Below are positions 1-11,810 of a DNA stretch of 64,000 bases, piece after piece. This DNA comes from Hydrolagus colliei. Taxonomy: Eukaryota. The translations under genes and the position numbers were made by a program. Position 1 is the first letter of the stretch, and each line of letters starts with the position of its first letter. The stretch covers positions 5,518,001 through 5,582,000 of the forward strand of contig CM068750.1 in NCBI GenBank assembly GCA_035084275.1, given 5' to 3'. The notes under the pieces are model-generated. The model ran no database searches, was not told the origin of the DNA, and saw nothing but the letters and a program-made list of their open reading frames with translations.

Positions 1-2295
1 GCATGCTGTTATGAAAATAAAAACATAATTTTTATTATTATAAAAATAAAACGTAATAAAAACAACTCACATGAAGGCGTGATAGGTTTACATTTGAGAT
101 GTTTTAACCTAATGAAATATTGGACTTGGTGGCATATTCTTCAGTAAGGCTTATAAATGCTCTTGTCTTGATGTTCATTTAAAATATCAGGCCAGGATTT
201 TAAAAAAAAAATATTTTGAGAGTAAAAGTAGATGAATCATTTAGGATTGTCACCTTTCCACATTCTTATACTGTTAAGCTTTGAAGCCCAATATGTTGTC
301 TCTCTCTTTCTGTATTCTTCGTACACACATACACACACGCACACAATACTAGATGGGCGCTGAGATGAAGCAACAATATTTGAAACTTTGCTTTGGACAC
401 ACTGATTTCGGCCTCTCCCAATTGCCAAAATAGGCATGGCACTGGGTCAGGGAGCCCAAGATGGTTTAAATGTTACTTGTAAGACAGTACAAGTCTAACA
501 AAGCATGACTCAGTCATTGTTGATGCTTTAGCGGACAGTGTCTTAACAATGCCAATTAAAAATCAAACCAATACTCTGTGCTGGAGAAAGGCCTTCTTCA
601 TAGTTGGTGAAGATCCCTCAGGCAAAAATTGTTTAGTAGAAGAGTAGGGAGTGTGTGTGTGGTGGAGGAGTAGGTTAAGGCCATTCAGTCCCAAACCTAT
701 CATGTAAGACAGGTTTTAAAGTGACATTTTAATCACATTTTCTGCCCTTGTAATATGTCTGACATACTGCATTCTATTCCATACCCCCCAACCAATCCTA
801 ACCCTCACATGGTTAGGAGAGAGAGATCAAAAAAAGTTTGTTTCAAACAAAAGCTTAAGGATAAGGCCTAGGGAGAGTCTTATTGTGGGGTAATCAAGGT
901 TAGTCAAGGTCACAACCATGACAAGTAGCATAAGTCACATGTAAATGAATATTAGATGACAGCTATATTGAAATGGATGGTAGAAATGGCTTGCTGGGCA
1001 TTGCTAGATTGCTGCCCAGTGGCTGAAAATAACACGTTGATGATTTTTACTCTGTTGTTCATTTGAATATTTTTTCCCCCCAGTGCTCCTATAATGAATG
1101 GTCACTCCTGTTTAAAATAACATTCTGAGCTTGTGTAGTAAAAAGATTTCATTCAGGTCGATCAGTAAATCAGGTGAAGTACATTCTTTGAAAGAGGATT
1201 AATGGTTAAAGCGAACTTAAAAACCTTGCCTACATTGAGTTTCTTATCACACCTGATCAGTTTAATACTCTATTTAACCTTATTGCAAAACTGTCTGGTG
1301 TGGTTATAGCTCTGATATATATACACACCTCCTCATTCATTATTGCAAGCCTTAATGACTTGAAGCTTTGCAACTTTATGGTGGTCAAATTACAATAAAA
1401 GAACAGTATGCATTTTGCGTTTTGACTTTCTACTCCTTCAAGTTCAACATTGCTACTTGATGTGCTTGTTCACTTTGCTCTTATGATTCTTTTAACAAAA
1501 ATCCATTCTCCTCAACACCACATGTTTGTTAAATGTTCATGGGGCAGTTTGTCTCACGGAATTTAGTTAGGAGCAAGCATATACTTGGCAATGTTTACCT
1601 CTGGTGTTTGGAAAAGTCTTAAACATTGTAATAGTGCCCTGAGAAATGTCCTCGCACATCACTGTTGTCTGGATGTGTGCCCAGAGTTTTTATTGGAAAT
1701 ACTGGGGCCTAATTTGTGGCATTTCTCTTTTTTTCGGTAAATGTTATTTTAATGGGTGTTTCATTATGTAACAGTAAATTTAACAACAGGAGAAAAATCA
1801 ACACTTGCTAGCACTGGAAGAAGATATCGTGTAATACTGCACATTGTTTGCAGTATTCCTTAACAGGATGCCTGAGGAATCCCAAGTCATGAAAAGTAGG
1901 GAATCTTTTAATCTTATACCGTTTAATGCCAGCCCTGGGAAACTCCACTCTGATATGATCTGGTTCAGGAACAAATAGAAATTTAACTGGGTTCCTTAAG
2001 GAGAAATTCTACAAATGAGACCTGAGCATTAAGTTAACCAAAAGTCTAGAGGGGATACTTTCCTTTCAAGCTGCTCAGTCTGAATAAACGTATAAGACAT
2101 TTGGTTCTTGCTTAAGCATTCCATTCCGTGTCTTGTCTAACATTTGCATTGGCTGAGGAAACCCTGTAGTTTCAAATGAAATTTTACAATCATGTGTACC
2201 CTTTTCCCACTGAAGACTATATAGGTATCTGAAATCCCTTTACGTGTTCCCTGTGCTGGACAGAGTTTAAACATTCCACATTAACACTACCATTG

Positions 2296-3631
2296 CAAGG
2301 CCGTACGCAGGGGGGGTGCGACGGGTGCGTACGCACCCCCCCAAATTATAAAAGGTCCACATTTTCCGGGGTAGAGAATTGTATTTTTTATCAAATTTAA
2401 ATACCAAGTAAATTTATTGAACATTTGTGTAACAATCAGTTCTTCAAAACTATGTATAAATTATAAACACGCATCTTTGAATGATTTAGTATTAATATAA
2501 AATTATCGAGTCGCGCACCAGAATCGGCGTCTACCCCAAAACATACCGCGTCGATAGACCAGTCCATGACGCGGCGAGTCTGTGACTCGTGATTGGATAA
2601 ACATAGGCGCCAAGACTCAAATCCATCCTCGTTTGGAAATCATCCCGTAAACAGCCACAAGGGACAGCACCAATTCTGGAGTTAAAATCATCTTTTCATC
2701 TGATCACCGTTAGTAAAAATTGCTCAAGTTTTGAGAGGTGTGACTGTAATGCTAGCAAACAATGACAACATATTTACAAGCTTCTGAGAAATTAAAGCTT
2801 TTGAGAACCCAACAAAAAAGTTATATGTGTCTGGACGGGAATGCCTATCTTTAAAAAAAATACTCATGGACGTAGACCTAGGCTTTAGCGCCTATTCCAC
2901 GTGGTGTGTCAATTGGAAATCATCCCGTATACAGTCACTACATAAAAAGGTAGCACCACTTTGTGGAAGCTGAAATCGTATTTTAATCTGATAAATGTAA
3001 GTAAAAATGACTTAAGTTTTGATAGGCGTGTTTCTGAAATATCATGTTTCTTGTTTTGTCTTGATTATCACATTTGATTTACATTATTAAAGATGTATTC
3101 CGGTAATTAAAAATTGCTTTTAGAGACGTCCACTGGCATGCAAAAAAAATATGACCGCAAAGATAAACAGTGCTACTTTATTTCACATTCAGTTTTGTAC
3201 CCAGAGTGAAAAAACATCAATGTCGCACGAATTTGGCATAAAAATAGTTTCACCGTCATCTGATCGAGCGAACTCGAGCATTGTCCATAGCACTGTGGAC
3301 AGTTTCCTCCCGGCTTCTCCAGCTATGTCCGCTAAACCTAAGACGCCTCTGCAGTAATGTCTGTGATACCAGTGTGGTAGTGTACCATATAGCTCACTAT
3401 TTGTCAGATGCTGTCGCCAGTAAACGTTCAGGGCGTCTCTTAGAAGCCTCGTATAAACCTCACGAGTCACCTAATCTCCTGATCTTCTGAACCGATTAAA
3501 TAAGACCTCAAACTGTGTAAAACGTCGGAGCCTCGAGGGGGCTTCGGGGGCAGCCCCCAAGCCCCCGGCCATTGTTGGTCCCATCACTAGCAATTCGCAC
3601 CCCCCCAAAAAAAATCCTGCGTACGGCCCTG
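2296..3631. mobile_element. Non-autonomous DNA transposon, hAT-like TIRs with 5-bp TSD (hAT5-like)
   Basis: Left end CAAGGCCGTACGCAGG (2296-2311) and right end CCTGCGTACGGCCCTG (3616-3631) match as inverted repeats at 15/16. CATTG flanks both sides directly (2291-2295, 3632-3636). Subterminal CGCACCCCCCCAAA occurs near both ends, the interior is CpG-rich, and there is no long ORF. Confidence 0.9.
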
Positions 3632-3780
3632 CATTGGGTGTACAAGTGTTTCAGTCACATATTTGCTCTGCTACAAAAAGGTGAAACACAGTGCCAGCCT
3701 GTGTGACTTGGGGGATGCTGTGCACATGCCTTTAGCTGCATGATTTAATTTAGCACTGTATTCCTCTAAAGATAATAAAC

Positions 3781-3936
3781 ATAATAATAATAATCCTTGA
3801 TATAGCGCTTTTCACATCTTCTAGATGTCTCAACGCGCTTCACAGAGTATACCGTAAAGTGAATTGACTATTATTGAGGGCGAAATGCGGCAGCCAATTG
3901 CGCACAACAGTGCCACACAAACAGTAGTGGATTGAA
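3781..3936 (-). mobile_element. 5'-truncated SINE, L2-type tail with (TTA)n
   Basis: Reverse complement matches the 3' half of the full copies at 17263 and 54657 (GTTTGTG...GCGCAATTGGCTGCCGC...TTGAGACATCTAGAAGATGTGAAAAGCGCTATATC...TTATTA). Confidence 0.85.
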
Positions 3937-5107
3937 TTAACATTAGGAATTAAATTAACATTAGAAATTGATCATGCATCATTTCTAATGATACACGAGA
4001 GTGACTAAGAGGCAGTAATCTTACCGAGTGCTGCAGGTGACATCAGAAACCGTGGCAACAAAGCCAGAGTTATTGGTAATTGCTATCGGAATCACATGAC
4101 AGTGTCACAACCTTAAATCACCTCTGTGTCTGCTCTTTTTACAACGTCTACCTGCAAATTTGGCAGAATTGGGCATTATGATAGCCTGGTATGCCCCGTG
4201 TAATAGATGCGAGATAGTGCTATATTGAAGAAGTGATGATACAGGAATATCAAGTTATTGTTTAATTGCTGTCCCCCACGCAGGCATAGCAAGCCATCAA
4301 TGGAACCCTACAGAAGTTAAATCATGTGGATTGGGAAAGAATTTGAATATTCAAAGGGACAAAGTTCCCAATTACCTCTGCTGCTGAAACATCGTGCCCA
4401 TTTCACAGGAGTTATTGCTTCTTAAAACAAGATTCATACCAGTTGAATCTCTGCAATGGATTTTGCGTAGTTCTTGCACACTAATGCAGGAGAATGCCTC
4501 AGATAGTTTTACCGAATTGAAGCACCATTCAATGATTTAAGATTAATACGTGAGCCAAAGTAGCTGATATGATTCAATTCCATTGACTTTTTAAAATTAG
4601 CCGCTGAAAGCGGGAATTTAATGTGGCAGTCCTCAATGGGACGACGGCAACAACAACAACAATTTGAATTTATATTGCTCCCTTCTCGCAGGATGTTGGA
4701 ACATGGAAACCAAATTTCGTTAGCTGCATTGAAGCCCACATTTTAAATGATCTGAAGCGGTTTAATTCCAGTAAGGCAATATGGCCGACCAGACAGCTAA
4801 TTGCCAGCTGTGACGTGTGGTCTTAATACGTTCTCTCTTAAATGTCCTCCTGATGTAAGAAGTTGACAGATGGTCTCCATGTGCTGCATTCAACCAGTAC
4901 TAGACCTCACACACTGTAACTGCTAGTACCGACTCCCAGTACCCTGGGGTCTGAACATTTTGGCCCAATTCCCAGGCTTAGTTAGGTGCAGCCTTGAAAA
5001 CACATGCGCCTGACCTATGATATCAGATCTCATAACCCAAGAAGTGCCACCGGCTAACTCTTTTGTCAGAATTTCAAATCACAATTGCAATATGTGATTT
5101 TTTTCCC

Positions 5108-5159
5108 TTATCAGAGCATAGCTAAAGCAGCCTGGGCTGCTTTAGCTATGCTCTGATAA
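5108..5159. repeat. Perfect inverted repeat, 25-bp arms with 2-nt spacer
   Basis: TTATCAGAGCATAGCTAAAGCAGCC-tg-GGCTGCTTTAGCTATGCTCTGATAA, read directly from the sequence. Confidence 0.97.
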
Positions 5160-6896
5160 AACTTGCTGCGGTGGTAAAGAGAAGGTACAAATAATGAATA
5201 CAAATGTATTCAGAACATGCTTTTATCCTTAAGAAAGAGCAGATCTGAATGGCAAAGCAATAAATGAGTGCTGGGATGGCAGATTTGATTTATCGGCAAG
5301 GGTTTGATCAAAATCTACGGTCAGACTCAGGCTAATTTTTGCCTTCAAAGAAAGCTCAGTTGGAGGCTTTTTTGTGTAACATAGCAAATTGCATTCAAAA
5401 TATCCAAGCATTTGCATGACTTCCTAATTTGACAGATTTTAATATGATGTGTGTCTTCTGACAGCTTCCTGGCCTGCATTCATGTCAATTTCTATTGTAC
5501 AATTACTAAATACCTTTCGGATTTTTTTTGTTTAGTTCAATGCTCTTCACTATTTAAATATTCTTGATTATGGGTCCTGTTTTAGCCTTTCCCACTAACA
5601 TTACTACGTATTTATCTGAATCAGTAACACTGTAGGATAGATACATTGCAAATTGTTTTTTTTTGGAACAAAAGGTTTATTTGCTTGAAAGTCTTTTCCA
5701 TCATATTTGATGTAGTATTCACATCTCCTACTTACATTGCCAATGCTACCGAAACCTCCACACATTTTCCAGCGGTTATTGCTTTTTGACAGGTTTATAT
5801 TTGTTGTTGTTCTGCATAGGGCTGTTTAGAGAGCAAACGCTGTTTCATTGGAGCTTTTTTTGCTATATTGTATAAGTAATCCAGTGCAGTGCTTCTGATA
5901 GTCTCATTGAACTGAAGTGATTTTGGAGACTGATATTACTACATAGTTGATGGGATTCTGTTCGCTTACTTCCATTAGTTGTTGAAAGTGAAGTCATATG
6001 TACTAGATTATTGTATTCCACACGGATTCAAAAACGCTGCAATATCTTTAATGTTTTGGTTTTTGGTGTCTCAATTGAGAAGCCCATTTAAATTAGTTTT
6101 TCTTTTTGCAGATTCTGGTTCAAATTGTGTTTTTTTGCATTTTCTGTATTCATGGGGTCGAGCACTTTTGTAAGAACATATTCACAACTTATTCATTGGA
6201 CAAGTGAAACAGATATAACCATTTCATTACGGAAGGACATTAACGCCTGTTCCGCAATGAAGCAAGATAGAAGAATGGATATGTATCTTTTCACATTAGT
6301 TCAGTTTCTGCAGCTCAGTGCGTATTCAAGTTAGGAATACAAAGTATGACTACAGTACCACCAGAACAAATTGATGTCTGGCTGTGTCGAATTTTAGAGA
6401 AATTTTACACAGAGTAACTGCTGCGGTAGTTCAATAGTTCAGGGAACACCGGGCTGCTTCACGTCATGTCCCCGCTCGACCCATCTCACCATCAGTGGAT
6501 GAGCTGTCAGCCATTCCATTCTCTCAGGAACTCCATCTCAAAAGGGAACTGGGAGGGGAGACTTGTGTGGAGACACAGACTCATTGGGTCTGAATGATCT
6601 TTTTTCATGCCATATCATATTTTCCCATTGGTTTCTATGAATACGCCACTGCACACCAAGGTGTATATAAACATAAGAAGCTCATTGAGGCACTTTGAAA
6701 CATGAAGCTCGAGGTGCCATTAACTATGAAGCACTTATTGTCTCAAAACAAACAGTCCTCTTCACGTAGTCTGAAACTATTTTCTCTTATCGGGCATTTG
6801 TGATACCATTTCAAAGCACTTTGCCTTCCTTAGATCGTGGGGAAAACATGCCAATAAATCGTATTAATAACGGGGTTTTGTTGTTGCATCTTTCAG

Positions 6897-7090
6897 GGAT
6901 CCAGAGGCGCCGGCTGATTCCTGCTCCTTTGCCCGACGCTTCGTCCTTGGGACGGAAACCGACTACGGGAGCAGGGCAGTGGGTGGATCTGCCACCGCTG
7001 CCGGGCACTCTGAAAGAGTCATTTGAAATTAAGGTTTATGAGATTGATGATGTGGAACGGTTACAGCGACACAGGCAGGAAGAAAATGAG
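6897..7090 (+). CDS. KIF26A: KIF26A internal coding exon (C-terminal tail; gene begins upstream of the window)
   Basis: Acceptor tttcAG ends at 6896 and donor GTcagt starts at 7091. Translates (G)[64 protein letters not shown], matching the recalled KIF26 motif QRRRLIP...QWVDLPP...[16 protein letters not shown]. Confidence 0.95.
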
Positions 7091-7584
7091 GTCAGTACAT
7101 TTAGTACAACAACTTTCGACATCCTGAATTATGACTTCGGTGAGAAATGGCTGCTTAAATACAGGCAGAATACCATGGCGCACAGAAGATTGACTGCAAT
7201 TAAATGACTATAATTATTAATTTTACAATGCATATGTTGAAGTGCCCTTACAAAGAGGAGATAAAAATAATTACTATCCACAATTAATCATGGTTTGCCA
7301 GGAGAGATGGTATAGGAGAAGAGAAATCTATGAATATATTATGAATGAACCTTTGCAGTTTTTGCCCGCTATTATCAAACTTTATAGTCACTCTGCACCA
7401 GGGTCATTAACTCCTTTGCAGATGAGCAAAAGTATGCTCTTTGGAATTATATTACATCAGCAGTATTATAATCTGATTTGCTTCCAATTAACTAAGGATT
7501 ATGCATAATATCCGCTGTCAGCCTTTTAAAGGATTTGTCATTTTAACTTTTGTTTTATCTTTTCCATTGGCATTAATGGTGCAG

Positions 7585-7608
7585 CAGCCTTTCGAAGATG
7601 TTGATAAG
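7585..7608 (+). CDS. KIF26A: Probable KIF26A microexon, 24 nt (QPFEDVDK) or 21 nt from 7588 (PFEDVDK)
   Basis: Long pyrimidine tract (7537-7565), tandem acceptor gCAGCAG (7581-7587) and strong donor AAG|GTAAGA at 7609. It is phase 0/0 and keeps the frame between the flanking exons. Confidence 0.8.
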
Positions 7609-7773
7609 GTAAGAATCTTGGGCAGATTTATTATCTCCCATGCACTTTTCCCCCCCGCCGAGTTCATGAGAAAGTTATAAACGTAAAGAGGAAAAATTCT
7701 AATTTCTTGTACAGTGGCTGGCTGTGGCAAAGCTGTTTTAAAACAAGGTTCAAATGTCTTCCTCTCCTGACAG

Positions 7774-7924
7774 GGCTTGTTGTACTTCAACACAAAGCTG
7801 AAGATCTTGGAGAAGCGTCAGCAGAGGATAAGAGAGTTAAAGGCAAAGCACGAGGTGTTGAAAAAGGAGCTGGAGGATACAAAGGACAGGCTGATGATGG
7901 ATCCTGATAAATGGAATTCCGAGT
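7774..7924 (+). CDS. KIF26A: KIF26A penultimate coding exon (coiled coil)
   Basis: Acceptor cctctcctgacAG ends at 7773 and donor GTAAGT starts at 7925. Translates [50 protein letters not shown] plus one base. The phase-1 junction joins the next exon to make Phe. Confidence 0.95.
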
Positions 7925-10065
7925 GTAAGTACATTGGAAGCTCTTTCCATTCCATCAGGAAACCCGCTGGTTGGGGGGAAAGGCAAGGTTTATTCTTTAT
8001 ATGAATGATACGGTGATTCTGTTTACTTTCCTATCAAAATGCAAATAGCCACTTGAGCAGCAAGTCTATCATGATCTACTGCTTGTGATATATATGTAGG
8101 TGCAGAAAACCCCAGGGAGGAAAGCTTAAAAACAAGGTCATGCTTAACTGATCCTCTGGCTTAAAACAAAATCTTGTCCCACTTCAGTGATTCCAGGTGC
8201 AAATCTCTGTCAAAGAAGCATTCACTTGCCAACACTTGGGAGCAAACTAGGAATTTATGCATCTAGGAACAGCCTACTTTGTTAATTCAGTAGGTAGAGG
8301 ACTTTTCAGAAGAGACAGACTCATATTACTGCCTTAGTAGTTAGTGAGTGAGGATGACAGGGCTGAATTTGGGGCAAAATTCTAATTCAATTTGGAAAAG
8401 CACTAAGACTTTTTTTTAAGTTGTGCGTCTGGTTTTGGACAGGACTCTGCCACAGATCATGGGATAAGACAATGTTTTGCTGCTGGGATTGGGATGTCTT
8501 GGACACTGGAACACTTGCAACCTCTTTGGAAGGAGGGGAGGCCAAAAGGGTTTTCATTTCTTTCGTAATCTAGTGATGGTATAGAGAAAGGAATCAAATC
8601 AATGTCCTTGTTGGTAATCCTGGAAGTTAACCCAATTTGTCCATTTATCTGAATGTTTGGAGCTATCCTGATTTGACGTGATCCAAACTCAAATCTAAAA
8701 TAATCTTGCCCAGTTTTACGTGCTCAGAAGTTAGCAGATTCCAAGAACTGAATTGAAGAGTGCATCACAAAAAACTAATACAGATGTGTCAAAATATCGA
8801 ATCTGTTCTGGAAGTATAAAAAGACCCATTAAAGTATTAACAAATTGTTACTCAGCGACCAGCAATTTTAATATGGTGTGGCCCCAAATTAACGTGTACT
8901 TGAATGCCGAGGGCATTGTTAATTTGAGGTCACATAAACGTGAAACATTGAAGTCTTTGTTCAGAATTATTTTAAATTCCAATTTCATTCTGAAAATAAT
9001 TCTTCGAGCAATACGCAATCCCCAACCATTGCAGAACCCTGTAGTGTTACCCCAGCAGTATTTTGAGCTTGTGCTACTGGACGGAAAACCTCTGTATCTC
9101 CGGCCAGCTGGTCGCTCTTCTCTATTGATGGAGACAAGAACAACAACTATTTATATAGTGCTCTTTGCTCAGGGTAGCATCCCGCAGAGCTTAAAGCATA
9201 TAAATAATTGAGCTACATTTATTTAATTTTTTTGTGTGTGGTCTGGATCGCCAGTTGTCTACTTTATTCTGCAAATAATTCAAAGCATTTCATTTCTGAG
9301 CTGTTCGCTAAGTAGGAGCGACATTTTCTCTTTTTTTAAATAAAGCCTTCTGTCTTCGTAGCTGAAGAATTCCCACTTCTGATAATAGAAGACCATTGAC
9401 ATGTATATTTCATTAAGAGAGGATATTATTTGGTGGATTTAGAAGCATTAATATCAGCATTCACCACATTAAGGGATACAATTGTAACAATACAATCGAA
9501 CTCTCAGAAATATCCTGGAATCATAATTTTCCATCGGTAAATTGAAAATGCTACTTTTTTAAAAAAAAGTGCTTAACACCAGATTGTAAAGCGGCTTTAG
9601 TGCTGTAATGTGCTATGTATGCCGGGGAGTGTCAAGACTCCAGGGTTTTATCCCTATCATCAACCATGAAGCAAATTCCCAGTCTTGAGTAGTGCAGTGG
9701 GTAGGGGCCCAGGTAATTCTCTTCAGGGAGAGAGGGAAAATCAAAAAGTGAGGCACCCTTGGTCACGTTCATGCATCACTTAACAACTGATTACAGAACA
9801 GTATCATCAGAGGTCACCGCCTGCTAATCCCAGTGGGGATTGGTACATGTTGTGGAGGACTGAGATAGAGAAAGAACAGAACGAGAGAGAACAGATTGAT
9901 TAAAAAAAGAGAGGTAAAGAAAGAGTCATTGTAAGCAGATGCTTCACATGTTTACTGAGAACATAAAAGAAATGGTATTGAATTACCAACCATTATGAAA
10001 GTGTCATTTATAATTGCACTGATATGTTTATCTAATTCATTTGTACTATTTTTCTCCCCTTATAG

Positions 10066-10244
10066 TTGAGGTTGACCCAGACCTGAATAAAGACTCCCTG
10101 GAGTATTTGGAAGCTTTGGAAGAGGTAACAGAGGAGCTCGAGCAACGTGTCAACCTATGCAAGTCAAGGATCATGATGGTGACTTGTTTTGACATTGGTG
10201 TGATCATTGATGTGCATGATGGACCGAGGGAAGTGCAGGTTTAA
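10066..10244 (+). CDS. KIF26A: KIF26A terminal coding exon
   Basis: Acceptor tttctccccttatAG ends at 10065. Translates (F)[58 protein letters not shown]. The extension after CFDI ending GPREVQV fits KIF26A (human ...GPQEVDV) rather than KIF26B, which as recalled ends shortly after CFDI. Confidence 0.93.
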
Positions 10245-11530
10245 AGGCTGCCATTTGGCAAGAAGGATTAATACCCAAGTCATTTCTACGGTGGAAGTAG
10301 ACATGTGGTGAAGATATAAATGCTTAAGGGATTTTGAGTAAGAGGACGTTGGTGATGTGAAGACAGAAAAGGTGACAGAGGATGTTGATGGGGAGAGTTG
10401 TTGTGGTGACAATGAATTTTGATGGTGAGCTGTGTAAATCAATACAGTGCCTCAGAACTTAAACAGAATGAAAGCTTAAAACTGTTGAGAAGAGCGATTT
10501 CCTTTCTCGGAAGGAAGAGAGAAGGCAATGTAAACCAGAAAGAAAATAGAACCGCAAACCTTAAAGTGCCTTTTTGACCGACTTGATTTATTTGCATTGG
10601 TGCTAGTAATGAAACCAGCATACCTAAGTACACACTGAAACAAAATGCTTATTTTATATTGTATATTGTATTTATATGATGTATGTAAAAATGTCATTGT
10701 AGCAAAGCAATAAGTAAATTATGTTCACATCACGGACTTTGCCTTCTCATTTAAAGGAGAGCTGTTTATATGCTTTCAACTTCGACATGTTCCCTTGTAC
10801 ATTAATATTCCATTGTATTTCTGTTTTTATCATTTTTTTAAAGAGATAAAAGAATTTCCATGAGTTGAGGCATGTTATGAACTAAGAATATGAAATGTAT
10901 TGAATTTTTTGGAGACTTTTTATATGAAATCCTGTCTGTTTTTCTGTGCAACATCTTTTTTACATATTGCAGAAGGTTGGAATGAAATTCCTAGTTTTTT
11001 TTTCAACCGATCAGTAAAGGGGTTTCTGTGCCAAGTAGCATGAACCAGTGCTATCAGTAAGCATCAGTGCAGCTAATGTGCAACCTACTACCGTGAATCC
11101 AATATTTTAAGTTGTTTAAGTGATCGATTTATAAATTTTTTAAAGAATAAAATCCAAACAGGTTTACAAAATAACAGTTACTGATTTATAAAACACTGGT
11201 TCGGTAGTTTAAAAAAGATTGCATCTCAGGATTTCAGCAAAAAACATAAATTTGATAGAAGAGGTATTTACATTTGAACTCGTTACATAACGTTTGTATA
11301 ATTTTTTTTATTACTAGTTAGCGACCACTAATTGTGACAAACTATTGCCAAACAAAAACACTTTTACATGAGGAAATAATAAATACAATATCACAATTCA
11401 TAGTGAATGATATTTTCTGACCATTTAATTTGTAAAGGTTTTTTTTCAGAACCTTTGTATAAATGTACATTATGGTAGCTTGCAGTAGCTTTTATCTGTG
11501 AATAAATGACATGTCTACTGGTATTAATAT
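10245..11530 (+). other. KIF26A: KIF26A 3' UTR (end approximate)
   Basis: Follows the stop codon, is AU-rich and lacks recognisable repeats. AATAAA occurs at 11146, 11378 and 11501. The first repeat-derived sequence appears at about 11810. Confidence 0.65.
11501..11506 (+). terminator. Candidate polyadenylation signal of KIF26A
   Basis: AATAAA preceded by TGTA motifs (ttgtataaatgtacat, ~11455-11470) and followed by T-rich sequence. Alternative signals lie at 11146 and 11378. Confidence 0.5.
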
Positions 11531-11810
11531 TTCTGCTTCATAGTTATAATTTTGCATTGGAAAACACCCATCATGATGTAAAACCAGAATGTTACACTTC
11601 ACACTGCATAATTTACCTTGGTGGTCAATAACTGAAGAGTTCATGTGTTAACAACAAAAATATTTGTGTCCACCCTGAAAGAAATGAAAAGCCTGTAATG
11701 TAGGGCTGGGTGCCACTGTGGCTCTCCCACATGCCACATATAAATCCATGCTCCCTCTTCCCACCCTCCAAAGGTATGATATGCAGCAAACATTTAGTTT
11801 ACTAGTTTAC

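Noticed and set aside
415-640. Possible LF-SINE-like relic
   Set aside because: Only faint resemblance by eye, too degenerate to call.
6112-6169. Possible 58-nt cassette or poison exon (ttttgcAG ... GTAAGA)
   Set aside because: Frameshifting, T-rich interior, weak exonic donor context and no protein similarity. It cannot be supported without RNA data.
6800-7207. 135-aa ORF as a standalone gene
   Set aside because: Only 6897-7090 is exon, bounded by canonical splice sites. The rest is intronic read-through. The same applies to ORFs 7777-8004 and 10041-10244.
8753-9211. 152-aa ORF, the longest in the window
   Set aside because: Lies inside the last KIF26A intron, has a non-ATG start and low-information composition, and shows no recognisable domain.
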